From NCBI GenBank assembly GCA_963697895.1, contig OY969100.1, positions 960,001-1,024,000 on the forward strand: a DNA stretch of 64,000 nucleotides. Reading direction: 5' to 3'. This stretch comes from an uncultured Methanomicrobiales archaeon. GTDB taxonomy: Archaea > Halobacteriota > Methanomicrobia > Methanomicrobiales > Methanospirillaceae. A model generated the notes under the pieces. It was not told the DNA's origin, made no database searches, and was given only the letters and a program-made list of their open reading frames with translations. Position 1 is the first letter of the stretch. Every line of letters begins with the position of its first letter. Both the position numbers and the translations under genes were made by a program. Positions 20,050 to 30,650 of the stretch are shown here, one piece after another.

Positions 20050-20297
20050 CTATTACCTTCGGAAGGGGCGAAAGAGGAATTTTGACATTTAACAAAATGA
20101 AAGATCAAATTTGCTCATAGAACTTATGCCTGAGTAGGTATTTTTTTTGAAATCTTTTCCATATAATTTTCTCGAAAGAAATTACATGTACAGTAAAAAC
20201 TCCCCTTATCCCGGGGGTTCTCTACGATAAAAGGGATAAAAATTTCTTTTTCATAAAAGCTTCAAACGAACCGAAAAATCCCAAAGATTCCCCTCCC

Positions 20298-22091
20298 TCA
20301 CCAGTTGATCGTGTATACGATCTTCCCGCCCTTGAATATCGAAATTAACCCCCCGCTCTGCGAGACCACGACCCCGATCGATCTCGTGACCCGGGTGATG
20401 CTGGCGACCGACAGGTGCCGGGAACCCATCCCTCCGGGGAGATTTACCTGGCTCATGTCCACGGTGATGTACCGGCCGGCCGCCTCGACCATCCCGGTGC
20501 CGGTTACAATAAACGCCCCGTCCAGCTGGGCGAACTCCTTGATATGTCCCCGGATCCCGGGATCGGTAATCTGCCGTTCGGTCTCATCGTGACCCTGGAA
20601 CGGGTTTAGGATCAACTGTTTCGAATGGTCGAGGACGTGTGTTGTGTCGCCGACCACAAACGCGGTCCCGACGGCCTGCCCCTCGCGTCCTTCCCGTGCG
20701 ATCTCCACGGCGATCTGGATGATCGAATCGAGTACGGCAGGATCGACGTCGGTCCCGGAACAGATCAACTCCAGCTCCTCCCGTAACGGCAGGTTTTTCG
20801 GCATCGGACCCGCTCTCGGGGAAGAAGTCTTCGGGAGAGCCACCGCAGGAGGAGAACCACTCCTCCCGTGAATGATCCGCTGGGCGACGATCCCGATGAG
20901 CACGACGACGATCGCCGTGACGAGGATGACGATGAAGAGCGGCGTGTTGGTACCGGGCGGCGGGCTTCCTGTTGCCGGTCCCGGGGGTGTGGGAGTCTCC
21001 TCCTTCAGGTCCAGGATGATCCGCTTGGTGCTCGACTGGCCGTCGGACTGGTTCCCGGTTATGGCGATGGTGTAGGTACCCGGGCTGGAGTACCGGTGCG
21101 TTACGGGGAGATCGGAAGCATTCGTGGTGTTTCCGTCATCCCAGTCGACATTCACCGAGACGATGGTGACGCCGGGTGAGCCGGGATTGAGGTTCCCGTT
21201 CAGCGTGACGTTCAACCCGTCGACGACCGGTTCGAGGAGAGTGAGGACCGGTGGACCCGACGGTATGCCCAGTCCGCCCGGGGCCGAGGTGTTCTGCGTC
21301 GGGGGAGGCGTTTCGGGTATTACCGGCTGCTCGACGGTGATGTTCGCGGTCTTCGTCACGTTCTGCCCGTCGGACTGGATCGCGGTGATCGAGAGGGTGT
21401 AGGTGCCGGCGGCGGAGTACTCGTGGGTTACCGGGAGACCGGGAGTATCCGTGACGGTCCCGTCATTCCAGTCGACATTCACCGATGCGATCGTTACGTT
21501 CGGGGATCCCGGGCTGCTATTCCCGTTCAATGTGACGTTCAGATCCTCGACGACCGGCTCGAGGAAGGTGAGGACCGGGGGACCCGCCGGGGCCGGGGTG
21601 GTCTGGGTCGTGGGAAGGACGACCGGCTCCTCAACAGAGATGTTCGCGGTCTTCGTCACGTTCTGCCCGTCGGACTGGAATGCAGTGATCGAGAGGGTGT
21701 AGTTGCCGGTAGTGCTGTACATATGCGAGTACGGGAACCCGTGGAACTCCGGCGTGCTGTTGTCCCCCCATTCCCAGCGGATACTCTCTATGGTCACGTT
21801 CGCCGAGCCCGGAGACGCTGTCCCGTTCACGGTACTGGTGAGATTTTCAACCCGGGGGGTGTCGAGGGTAAGGACCGGGGGAGGGGTGACGGCGACAATC
21901 GTGTTCTCTGTGGTCGGGGTGGCTGTGGGAACCGGTGTCGTAGGCTGGCTGGTAACTCCGTTCGTCGTGACCGTCGAGGTGGCGTTGAGCGTGGTCTCCG
22001 CGATGACAACACCCGGCAGTACAAGGAGGATAACGCATAGAACGGCAGTGATCAGCCGTAATCCAAAAGCCCTGTCTCGTTCCTGACGCAT
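20298..22091 (-). CDS. Membrane-anchored diadenylate cyclase: signal peptide, 3 PKD-like repeats, TM helix, DacZ-type DAC (DisA_N) domain
   Basis: EGREG..VGTAFVVGD, NPFQGH, KEFAQLDGAF, GSRH, VSQSGG; three W.WGD/DWND...H.Y...G.YT..IT repeats; TM LFIVILVTAIVVVLIGIVA. Confidence 0.88.
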   Translation of the reverse strand: MRQERDRAFGLRLITAVLCVILLVLPGVVIAETTLNATSTVTTNGVTSQPTTPVPTATPTTENTIVAVTPPPVLTLDTPRVENLTSTVNGTASPGSANVTIESIRWEWGDNSTPEFHGFPYSHMYSTTGNYTLSITAFQSDGQNVTKTANISVEEPVVLPTTQTTPAPAGPPVLTFLEPVVEDLNVTLNGNSSPGSPNVTIASVNVDWNDGTVTDTPGLPVTHEYSAAGTYTLSITAIQSDGQNVTKTANITVEQPVIPETPPPTQNTSAPGGLGIPSGPPVLTLLEPVVDGLNVTLNGNLNPGSPGVTIVSVNVDWDDGNTTNASDLPVTHRYSSPGTYTIAITGNQSDGQSSTKRIILDLKEETPTPPGPATGSPPPGTNTPLFIVILVTAIVVVLIGIVAQRIIHGRSGSPPAVALPKTSSPRAGPMPKNLPLREELELICSGTDVDPAVLDSIIQIAVEIAREGREGQAVGTAFVVGDTTHVLDHSKQLILNPFQGHDETERQITDPGIRGHIKEFAQLDGAFIVTGTGMVEAAGRYITVDMSQVNLPGGMGSRHLSVASITRVTRSIGVVVSQSGGLISIFKGGKIVYTINW

Positions 22092-22311
22092 GGATGACCG
22101 GTCTGTTATTCTACAGAATATCGTGATGCTTCGTCTTAAATGTGGACGTTCCGGCTCCCGGATCCGGCAGGATTGCCGTGCTTTTTGAAACCATACGGAA
22201 GCGGTCCTCACTCAGGGTGTTTCCACCAACAAGGAGCGTAGTATCCGAATAAAAGATCCGCTCGCCGCGGCTGCAACCTTCAAGTATTCCGGGACTCAAT
22301 TACGGGAATAT

Positions 22312-23983
22312 ATGGACGCCAGATCTCCGAAAACTACCTCTGATCCGGAACCCGGGGACCGTTACCGGGACTTTTCCATCCACGTGCCCGAATTCTACAA
22401 CTTCGGATACGACGTGGTCGATGCGTGGGCGGTAAAGGAGCCGGACAAGACGGCACTGCTCTGGGTGAACCAGCAGGGGGAGGAGAGACGGTTCAGTTTC
22501 CGGGAGATGAAGCGGGAATCCGATCTGGCGGCACGTCTCCTGCGGGATTCCAGGATCGGGAGAGGCGACCGGGTATTCGTGATGCTCCCGAGGATCCCGG
22601 AATGGTGGACCCTCATTATCGCCCTGATCAAGCTCGGTGCGGTCTACTCCCCGGCGCCGACTCTGCTGACCCCCCACGATATCTCCTACCGGCTCGGGAT
22701 CGGCGGGTTTTCGCTGGTCATCACGGATCGTGAGAATGCAGGCAAGGTAGAGGTGGCGGTGAAAGAGGGGTCGCTCAGTATCAAGTGCATGGTTGTCAAC
22801 GGGGAGATCCTGGGCTGGATCAGCTACCCCGGAAACAGTGTCGCGGTCTCCTCAAAATCACCGGGGGAAGCTGATTTGCCCGCCGTGAAGACAAAATCCT
22901 CCGACCCTCTCCTGATCTTCTTCACCTCGGGGACGACCGGAAACCCGAAGATGGTGCTCCATGATCACAGTTACCCGCTGGGACATATCGTCACCGCACG
23001 GCTATGGCAGGACCTGAAACCGTCGGATCTCCACTTCACCATCTCCGACACCGGTTGGGCAAAGAGTGCCTGGGGGAGTCTGTTCGGCCAGTGGATCGAG
23101 GGAGCGGCGGTCTTTGTCTACGATATCCGGGGAAAATTCGATCCAGGCGAGATCCCTCCGCTCCTGGAGAAGTACGCGATCACCACGTTCTGCTGCCCGC
23201 CGACGATCTACCGGATGCTGATCCTCCTGGACCTGGAACCGTACAACCTCTCAAGGCTCCGCCACTGCGTGAGCGCGGGGGAACCCCTGAACCCCGAGGT
23301 GATCCGGGTATGGAAAGAGAAGACCGGTCTTACCATCTACGAGGGATACGGCCAGACCGAGACGGTCCTCTGCATCGGGGCATTCCCGGGCCGCGAATGC
23401 CCGCCCGGGTCGATGGGGAGACCGGCCCCGGGCTGGCGGATCGGGCTCCATGACCGGCACGGAAACCCGGTGGGCATTCACCGGGAGGGAAGGATCGCGA
23501 TCGCGCTCGATCCCCGGCCGGTCGGGTTGTTCTCCGGGTATGTCGGGAACGATGCGGCGAACCGGAAGTCCTTTGTAAAAGGCTGGTACTACACCGATGA
23601 CAAGGCTGCCATGGACGAGGAAGGAAATTTCTGGTTCATCGGGAGGGATGACGATGTGATCAAGGCATCCGGGTACCGCATCGGGCCGTTCGAGGTCGAG
23701 AGTGCGCTGCTGGAGCATCCGGCGGTTGCAGAGGCGGCGGTTGTGGGATCCCCCGATCCAATCCGGGGGATGATCGTGAAGGCCTTCGTGGTGCTCAAGC
23801 CCGGGTTCACGCCGTCCGACGAACTCGTTGCCAGCCTGCAGGAGCACGTGAAATCGGTGACCGCCCCGTACAAGTACCCGCGGGCGATCGAATTCGTCGA
23901 TTCACTCCCGAAGACCCATTCGGGGAAGATACGGAGGAACGAGACTCCGCGAACGGGAAGCGAAGAAGGGGAGACCGGATTAA
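22312..23983 (+). CDS. AMP-forming acyl-CoA synthetase, with an extra base near 23944
   Basis: FTSGTTGNPK, YEGYGQTET, GRDDDVIK, KYPRAIEFVDSLPKT.SGKIRR; the corrected frame gives RRNELREREAKKGRPD-stop. Confidence 0.9.
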
Positions 23984-24234
23984 GCCATCCCCGGTCACGG
24001 AGGAAGAACATCCGTCGTCCACCCGGATTCGGCTAGTCCTGAATTGGCAATGAGGTTTCCCCCTTATCCTGGTCTTAACTCCATCCGGACTTGCGGTTCA
24101 CCCCATTCCCCGCGTCGTGTCCGTGGGAATGCCCTTTGTACTCCCAGCCAGGGTTCAGCAGATCCTGCGAAATATCGCCGTCCGAAACGAATCGCGCGAA
24201 GATATCCTGCATAGCATTATGTGCCACCAAGAAG

Positions 24235-26343
24235 ATGCTAGCTTCGTCGATGCCGGCAGAGAAGGAGCACCTGGTAAAGATCGAGCTCTTGCTGAAGATG
24301 CACAAGAGAGGGATGACCATCTCCGATATATCAGGTGAACTGAACCTGAACAGGAATTCAGTGGCAAAATACCTTGATATCCTGGTTAGTTCCGGCCGGG
24401 CGGAACGGACGGGGTTCGGGAATACCGGGGTATTTTTCCTCTCGCACCGGGTCCCGGTCTCTTCATTGCTGAATTTTTCGTCCGAGTTCGTGATTTTACT
24501 GGATTACAAGGGCCGGATCATCCAGGTGAACGAATGTCTACTCTCCTGTTTCGGGGTAACCCGCGAGTCTCTCGAAGGAAAGACCCTCGATGAAGCGCCC
24601 GTTGAGATGATTCGTGCCTTTAAGGATATGGATATCTTTACACGGACCGGGGTTGTCAGGGAGTGCACGAGCGAGGTGAGCACCCTCCTCTCCGGGGAAG
24701 CGTACCACTTCCGGGTCAAGGTCGTACCCACGCTCTTCGAGGACGGAAAGCATGGGTTCACGATCCTCATTGAGAATGTCACCACGCAGAAGCGGTACGA
24801 GCAGGAACTGATCCGGAGCGAGGCCCGGTACCGGGCCATCGTCGAGGACCAGACGGATCTTATCTGCCGGAGGCTCCCGAATGGTACCATAACCTTCGCA
24901 AACGATGCATTCTGCCGGTACTTCGGGAAAAAACATGATGACCTGATAGGAACATCATTCAGTCCGGTCACTGCATCACCGGGGTCCGGGGATAAACCGG
25001 GGGATCCTCGTAGGGATCAGGCGGGCACGACCGAAGACCGGGTGATCCTCGCAAACGGCGCGATTAAATGGATTCAATGGAAGAACAGGGCATTGCACAG
25101 TGAGACCGGGGGCATCGTCGAGATCCAGTCGGTGGGCCGGGACATCACCGGGCAGCGGGAGCGGGAAAAGGAGATCCTCCTTCGGGATTGCGCGATCTCA
25201 CGATCGTCTCACCCTATCGCCCTCTTCGATATGATCGGCCGGGCAGTCTATCTGAACAGCGCCTTCCTCTCGTTCTTCGGATACCCCGATGATCACGAGC
25301 TGATCGGGCATCCTGTCGAGAAGTGTTTTCCGCGGAGCGATGCCGATCACAATATCCACCAGATCGCCGCGGCGCTCCGTGAACACGGCCACTATGAGGC
25401 GACATTCGAGGCGAGAAAGAGGGACGGCACCCGGTTCGAGGTAGAGTTTTACGGCCGCCTGATCGGGGATGACCGCTACTTTCCTCATGGCGGGATCGTC
25501 CTCTTTGCCGAGCACCGGCGGGGAGCCCCGGCCGATGAGGGGAAGACGGTCTCCATCGCCGTAGGGAGACTGCCGGTCGTGAACAAGATGCGAGACGAAG
25601 GAGCCAAAGACATGACCGGACCGAAGGGAGAAGGGACGTGGAAACAAGCCGGACCCACAGGAGAAACAGGCGGGGACAGGATCGGACCTTCGCAAGGAGG
25701 GACCGTCGATCGGCAGGAACAGCCTGCCGGGATTCCCGGGAAACCGTCGCCGGGTAGCGATGCCGGGGATCCGGGACACGGTTCCGGGCAGCAGACTTCC
25801 CCCGTTTCCGTGGGGGACAGCCCGGGAATTCCTCCCTTGTCCTTCGATGAACTGGTCGATTTTATCCTGGACCCGACATTCATCGTCGATCGGGAGAAGA
25901 ATATCATCGCCTGGAACCGGGCGATGGAGATCTTTACCGGTATACCGAAGGAAGAAGTGATGGGGGGCTCCGGGCATGGGAATGCCTTCTCAATCTACCC
26001 GGAAAAGAGGCCGATACTTATCGATCTCCTCGATCTCCCGGAGGACGTGCTCTGCCAGGAGCACCCGGACGTGCGAAGATACGGGGATACCCTCTTCCGG
26101 GAACGTTTCATCCCGGGCTTCAGGGGAACCCCGGGAGCGTATATTTACGCGAAAGCCGCGTACCTGCTGGACCGGGAAGGCCGCTGTCTCGCTTCCATGG
26201 AGACCGTCACCGATATCACCGACTGGAGAACCGCACAGGAATCCTTGGAGAGGATGCGGGACGAGATCGATACCCGGTTCACGGGACTGATCCGGCAACT
26301 CGAGGAGAAGATCGGTTCATTGGATGAAATGCCGGAGAGATGA
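24235..26343 (+). CDS. HTH plus multiple PAS-domain sensor/regulator (no kinase domain)
   Basis: GMTISDISGELNLNRNSVAKYLDIL HTH; SEARYRAIVEDQTDLI..., VGRDIT, IIAWNRAME...TDIT PAS/PAC motifs. Confidence 0.85.
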   Translation: MLASSMPAEKEHLVKIELLLKMHKRGMTISDISGELNLNRNSVAKYLDILVSSGRAERTGFGNTGVFFLSHRVPVSSLLNFSSEFVILLDYKGRIIQVNECLLSCFGVTRESLEGKTLDEAPVEMIRAFKDMDIFTRTGVVRECTSEVSTLLSGEAYHFRVKVVPTLFEDGKHGFTILIENVTTQKRYEQELIRSEARYRAIVEDQTDLICRRLPNGTITFANDAFCRYFGKKHDDLIGTSFSPVTASPGSGDKPGDPRRDQAGTTEDRVILANGAIKWIQWKNRALHSETGGIVEIQSVGRDITGQREREKEILLRDCAISRSSHPIALFDMIGRAVYLNSAFLSFFGYPDDHELIGHPVEKCFPRSDADHNIHQIAAALREHGHYEATFEARKRDGTRFEVEFYGRLIGDDRYFPHGGIVLFAEHRRGAPADEGKTVSIAVGRLPVVNKMRDEGAKDMTGPKGEGTWKQAGPTGETGGDRIGPSQGGTVDRQEQPAGIPGKPSPGSDAGDPGHGSGQQTSPVSVGDSPGIPPLSFDELVDFILDPTFIVDREKNIIAWNRAMEIFTGIPKEEVMGGSGHGNAFSIYPEKRPILIDLLDLPEDVLCQEHPDVRRYGDTLFRERFIPGFRGTPGAYIYAKAAYLLDREGRCLASMETVTDITDWRTAQESLERMRDEIDTRFTGLIRQLEEKIGSLDEMPER

Positions 26344-26682
26344 CGAGACGGTAACCGCCGATTCTCTCCGGCCACCCCTGTCAGTCCCGTACGGAACCGA
26401 CATCGTCCAATATCCATGATACGGAACCGGTCAAGGAGAGACGGGCGAAGATGTTATGATCGTGAATTTAGGATCACGTGGTTCACAGTCAGGGTATGGA
26501 ATGAGGCGTATTCTTTTTTCATTCGGATAATGGAACAGAATCTTCAGCAAGAGAACCCATAGCATCGTTCGCGTCTCCGCGGTCTGGAATTTCCGAAAAA
26601 AACTCAGAACATCGCACTCATAGCGCTATTTCTATAAATACGGAAAAGGATACTACCGTATGCAATTGATGAGGCCTTGTCT

Positions 26683-28003
26683 ATGAACGTCTCGAGGATG
26701 TGGCTCATCGATATCCTGGACCGGCTCCGGTCGACCTACATCTTCGTGCCGGCCGTGATGATCGCGATCGCCGTCCCGCTCGCACACCTCGTCACGTATC
26801 TCGACGAGGTGCTCCCCCGTTCCCTCTTCGAGGCCCTCTGGTATTTTTTTCATATCAGCCCGGGTAACCTGATCTCCAATCTCGTCGCCTTTTCGAGCAC
26901 CGAGCTCGGGGTGATGGGGGTGGTCTTCTCCGTCACCCTGGTCCCATTGACCACCGCGTCGGCCCAGTACGGGACGATCCTTCTCCGTGCCTTCCTCCGG
27001 GATATCCGGGTCCAGATCGTCCTCGGGATGTTCGCAGCCTCGATCATGTTCAATATCAGTACCGTCCTGATTGTCTCCCGGCCCTCGTATGGCGTCGAGA
27101 TCCCGGTCTTATCCGGGACAGCGGCCCTGGCATTCTTCGTCCTCGACCTCTTCGCCCTGATCTATTTCTTCCATCACGTCACTTCGGGGTTGCAGACCTC
27201 CACCATCATCTCCCGGCTCGGCAGCGAAGTGAACCGGGCGATCGAACAGGAAGAGCTGCCGGGGACACCGGGAAGTACCCCCTGAGATCGCCCGGGAGAA
27301 AGAGGACGCGATCGCCCGGGAGGGGGTTCCGGTCGGCTCCGGAGGGTTCGGCTATATCCGCTCGATCGATTACCTCCGCCTGATGCAGATCGCCGGGCGG
27401 CATAAACTGGTCATCACCGTCCCGTGTACCGCGGGGGACTTCATCGGGCCCGGGGACACCCTGCTCCGTGCCTGGCCGGAAATCTCCGACCCGGGGGTTG
27501 TGCGGGCGGTCCGGGGCTGTTTCATGCTCGGGAAATACCGGACGATGCTGCAGGACCCCGAATTCGGGATCATCCAGCTGGTGAACATCGCCGCCCGGGC
27601 GGCGGATAACGATCCCTCCATCCCGGTGATGGTGCTGAACCAGATCGGCGTTGCCCTGGAGATCCGGGCAGAACGCGGGATCTTCTCCCCGTACCGGCAC
27701 GACCAGGCAGGATCCCTCCGGATGATCATGAAGATCCGCACGTTCGACCAGTTGATGGACTCGTCCTTCGACCTCATCCGGTACTACACCCCGGATAATA
27801 CCCATATCATCACGGCGATGCTCAACACGATCGGCCGGATCGGACCGCATGCAGGCTCCGACGGGATCCGCGAGGTCCTCCTTCACCATGCACAGCTGAT
27901 CGAGGGTGAGAGTATCCCCCTGGTCTCCTCCGACCACGACCGGCAGCTGGTCCGGCAGTCGTACGAGACGGCGGTCAGGGCGATCGGCCTGCCGGAGACC
28001 TGA
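26683..28003 (+). CDS. DUF2254-like membrane protein, with a +1 frameshift near 27270
   Basis: VFSVTLVPL..AS.QY...LR.FLRD; after removing one base the frame runs through GYIRSID...QDPEFGIIQLVNIAARA..NDP. Confidence 0.8.
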
Positions 28004-28155
28004 ATAGTTTGGGAGAAGTCCGGGACGAAGATCGTAACTATCAGGCTACCGAAGACCTGAATATCCGGGGAAGGACCGGATGAGTAACCCGGGATCGGGA
28101 AGAGATTGTGGCGACCGGCGGGAAGCAGGGCCGAATCGAAAAAAAGTGAGAGTTT

Positions 28156-28479
28156 TCAGGTTCTCCCGAAATATTTCTTCACCTGCGGCTGGAACAGGTA
28201 CCATAGGATGATCGCGGAGATGACAATCCCGATCAAGGTCCCCCATCCAGCTGAGAAGAGGTACACGATACCATAGATGAGGCTGATGGTGGTGACGATC
28301 ACCCCCACCGGTCATACCCACGACCAGGCCATGGGACACACGACCCCGAGGGCGATCTCGATCAGGCCGATGACAATGAAGATCGGGGCAAGCACCCATA
28401 CCCCGATCAGGATGGCGATCAGTCCGGCGATGATCCAGAGAATACCGAGGATAGTCGCCCTTGATGGTCTTTCCGGCAT
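28156..28479 (-). pseudogene. Paralog of the 28702-29067 membrane protein with an in-frame TGA at 28312-28314
   Basis: Reads WV*PVGVIV...LWYLFQPQVKKYFGRT, whereas the paralog has WVWPVG; single TGG>TGA change. Confidence 0.8.
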
Positions 28480-28701
28480 CACGGGAACCTTTAACGGACA
28501 GACTACATATAAATTACGTGCCTGAACACATCCCGGCTTCACGCATGATTCCTCTGCGATTCGGGACCCGGCACCTCATAGCATAGGGAAAGGATCTCCT
28601 GATCTGCAAAAGAACCCGGAAAAGAATAACCGGTCGCCAGGCTGTGGAGAACAAATCCTTCAGAGAGGGAAGAACTGGTAATCTAAAAAAAAAGAGATAC
28701 T

Positions 28702-29067
28702 TCAGGTTCTCCCGAAGTATTTCTTCACCTGCGGCTGGAACAGGTACCAGAGGATGATCGCGGAGATGATGATCCCGATCAGAGCGCCCGCTCCGACCGA
28801 GAAGAGGTTTACGATCTCTATGATCAACGCGATGATAGTGACGATCACCCCGACCGGCCATACCCACGGCCAGGCCATGAAGCACCCGACCCCGAGGCCG
28901 AGCTCGATCAGCCCGATGATGATCGCGACTACCCCGATAGCCGCACCAAGCGCTCCCGCGAATATGCCCACAAAGACGGCTGCACCGAGTCCCCCGATAA
29001 GGGCGACCAGTCCGGCGATGATCCAGAGAATCCCGAGAATAGTAACTCCTAAAGGTCTTTCTGCCAT
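28702..29067 (-). CDS. Small multi-TM membrane protein
   Basis: MAERPLGVTILGILWII...LWYLFQPQVKKYFGRT. Confidence 0.85.
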   Translation of the reverse strand: MAERPLGVTILGILWIIAGLVALIGGLGAAVFVGIFAGALGAAIGVVAIIIGLIELGLGVGCFMAWPWVWPVGVIVTIIALIIEIVNLFSVGAGALIGIIISAIILWYLFQPQVKKYFGRT

Positions 29068-29333
29068 ACGGGAACCTTCGGTCTTCGGGTACATATAGAT
29101 TACGTGGGGACGGTATTATGCAAGATCATCGATATCTGATAATTGCGTGATATCGGGAACGAACGTTCCCCGCAAGGGATATTATCGTATTGCTGCTCTA
29201 AGTTCCTGCACAGTGAAGGCGCCCCTGTGGATGATCCGTTCAACCCCCGCTCCCTTAACCGGCTCCCGGTCTCACGATGCCGATTCCGTGATCGAAAGGT
29301 ATCTCCCGTGAAAGGAAGAAAAATAACAAAAAA

Positions 29334-30608
29334 TTAGGGGGATGGTCTTTTTACCGGCGGTTTCAGGGTCAGGAATGCAACAACAAGGCCGACCAGGGCG
29401 AGGATGAAGACGTACGAGAATACCCCGATATAGCCACCGGTTGCCGTCTTGATCAATCCTGCCAGCTGTGGCCCTGCAATTGCCCCTGCGCCATATGCCA
29501 GGAAGACAACCCCGTAGCAACGGGGGTAGTCGCAGGTCCCGAAGTACGAACCCGTGGTGGTCGGTGCAATGGCTAGCCAGCCGCCGAGGCACCCCCAGAG
29601 GATTGCGAAGGCGACCACGTAGGTGATGACGCCCGGCACCTGCCAGAGGAGGAGCGCCGCGAATGCAATCAGGATAAACGAGACCATCGCCGTATTTCTT
29701 GGAGTAATCCGGTCGGTCAATGCACCGAATACGGGCCGCCCACCGCCATTGAAGATGGCGAAGACCCCGACCAGCGCCGTGGCCAGCCCTGTCGCGATCC
29801 CTAGTTCCGTGCCCACCGGTTTTGCAATCGAGATGGCCAGCAGTCCGGCCAGGCAGCCGATGAAGAAGCATACCCAGAGTCCATAGAAGGACAACGTCCT
29901 GACCATCTCCGAACGGTCACACTCGCAGGCGAGATGAGCGGTTGCCGGGGGAGTCCATCCCCGGGGTTTCCAGCCGGCCGGTGGGAACCGTAACGGGAGA
30001 GCGAGGAGTATCAGGAGCACGATGAATGCGATCCCGAAGATACGGAACGTATTCATGACTCCGACCAGCGTGATCAGGTATCCCGAGATGTTCGCGGTGA
30101 TGAATGCCGAGAACCCGAATCCCAGTACGGTAAGACCCACCGCGGCTCCCCTCCGGTCAGGGAACCAGCGGGCCGCAACGGCAATGGGAACACCGTATGC
30201 GATACCGACACCGACCCCTCCGATCACCCCGTACACGACATAGAGCATCTGTACCGAGGTCACCGTTGAGGCAAGGAGCCATCCGAGCCCCGTAAGAATC
30301 CCCCCTATGATCGTGATCTTCCGCGGGCCCATCGTCTCAATATACTTGCCGGTCAGCGGCATCGCTATCGCGAAGAATGCAAGGAATACTGAGAATGGCA
30401 GCAGGACATCATTGGCAGTCACCGTCTGTCCCAGGGTCGCCTTGAAGTATTCGGTCAGCGGGCCGACAAACACACTCCACGAGTAGATCGTCCCCAGGCA
30501 GAGGTTGATGATCAGCCCTATCATTACCAGGGCCCATCTTCCCCGTTCTGCAGGCATTCCAAAGAGCTTTATCGACTGCTCCGAAGATGGCATGACTTCA
30601 GTCGTCAT
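29334..30608 (-). CDS. OFA family (oxalate/formate antiporter-like) MFS transporter
   Basis: GTIYSWSVF, RWFPDRRG.AVGL...GFG, FNGGGR. Confidence 0.9.
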   Translation of the reverse strand: MTTEVMPSSEQSIKLFGMPAERGRWALVMIGLIINLCLGTIYSWSVFVGPLTEYFKATLGQTVTANDVLLPFSVFLAFFAIAMPLTGKYIETMGPRKITIIGGILTGLGWLLASTVTSVQMLYVVYGVIGGVGVGIAYGVPIAVAARWFPDRRGAAVGLTVLGFGFSAFITANISGYLITLVGVMNTFRIFGIAFIVLLILLALPLRFPPAGWKPRGWTPPATAHLACECDRSEMVRTLSFYGLWVCFFIGCLAGLLAISIAKPVGTELGIATGLATALVGVFAIFNGGGRPVFGALTDRITPRNTAMVSFILIAFAALLLWQVPGVITYVVAFAILWGCLGGWLAIAPTTTGSYFGTCDYPRCYGVVFLAYGAGAIAGPQLAGLIKTATGGYIGVFSYVFILALVGLVVAFLTLKPPVKRPSP

Positions 30609-30650
30609 TATGGCCTTTCCTTCCGTTTTGGGAAAAATATTGGCAAATGG

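Larger units (their letters stand above)
15700..20200. mobile_element. AT-rich, probably horizontally acquired island (boundaries approximate; no integrase or transposase seen)
   Basis: Abrupt drop in GC relative to the flanks, visible by eye; contains only the two NTPase genes. Confidence 0.6.

Noticed and set aside
15825-22091. DAC plus the NTPase pair as one cyclic-nucleotide defence operon
   Set aside because: They share a strand but differ strongly in base composition, with a 300-bp gap containing a separate promoter. Adjacency is probably just the insertion site; only cross-genome co-occurrence would revive the idea.
24235-26343. HTH-PAS protein without a kinase as a novelty
   Set aside because: Kinase-less multi-PAS regulators are common in Methanomicrobia.
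28312-28314. TGA read as selenocysteine or recoded Trp
   Set aside because: The paralog has Trp, not Cys, at this position; no SECIS was seen; TGA is a normal stop throughout the window.
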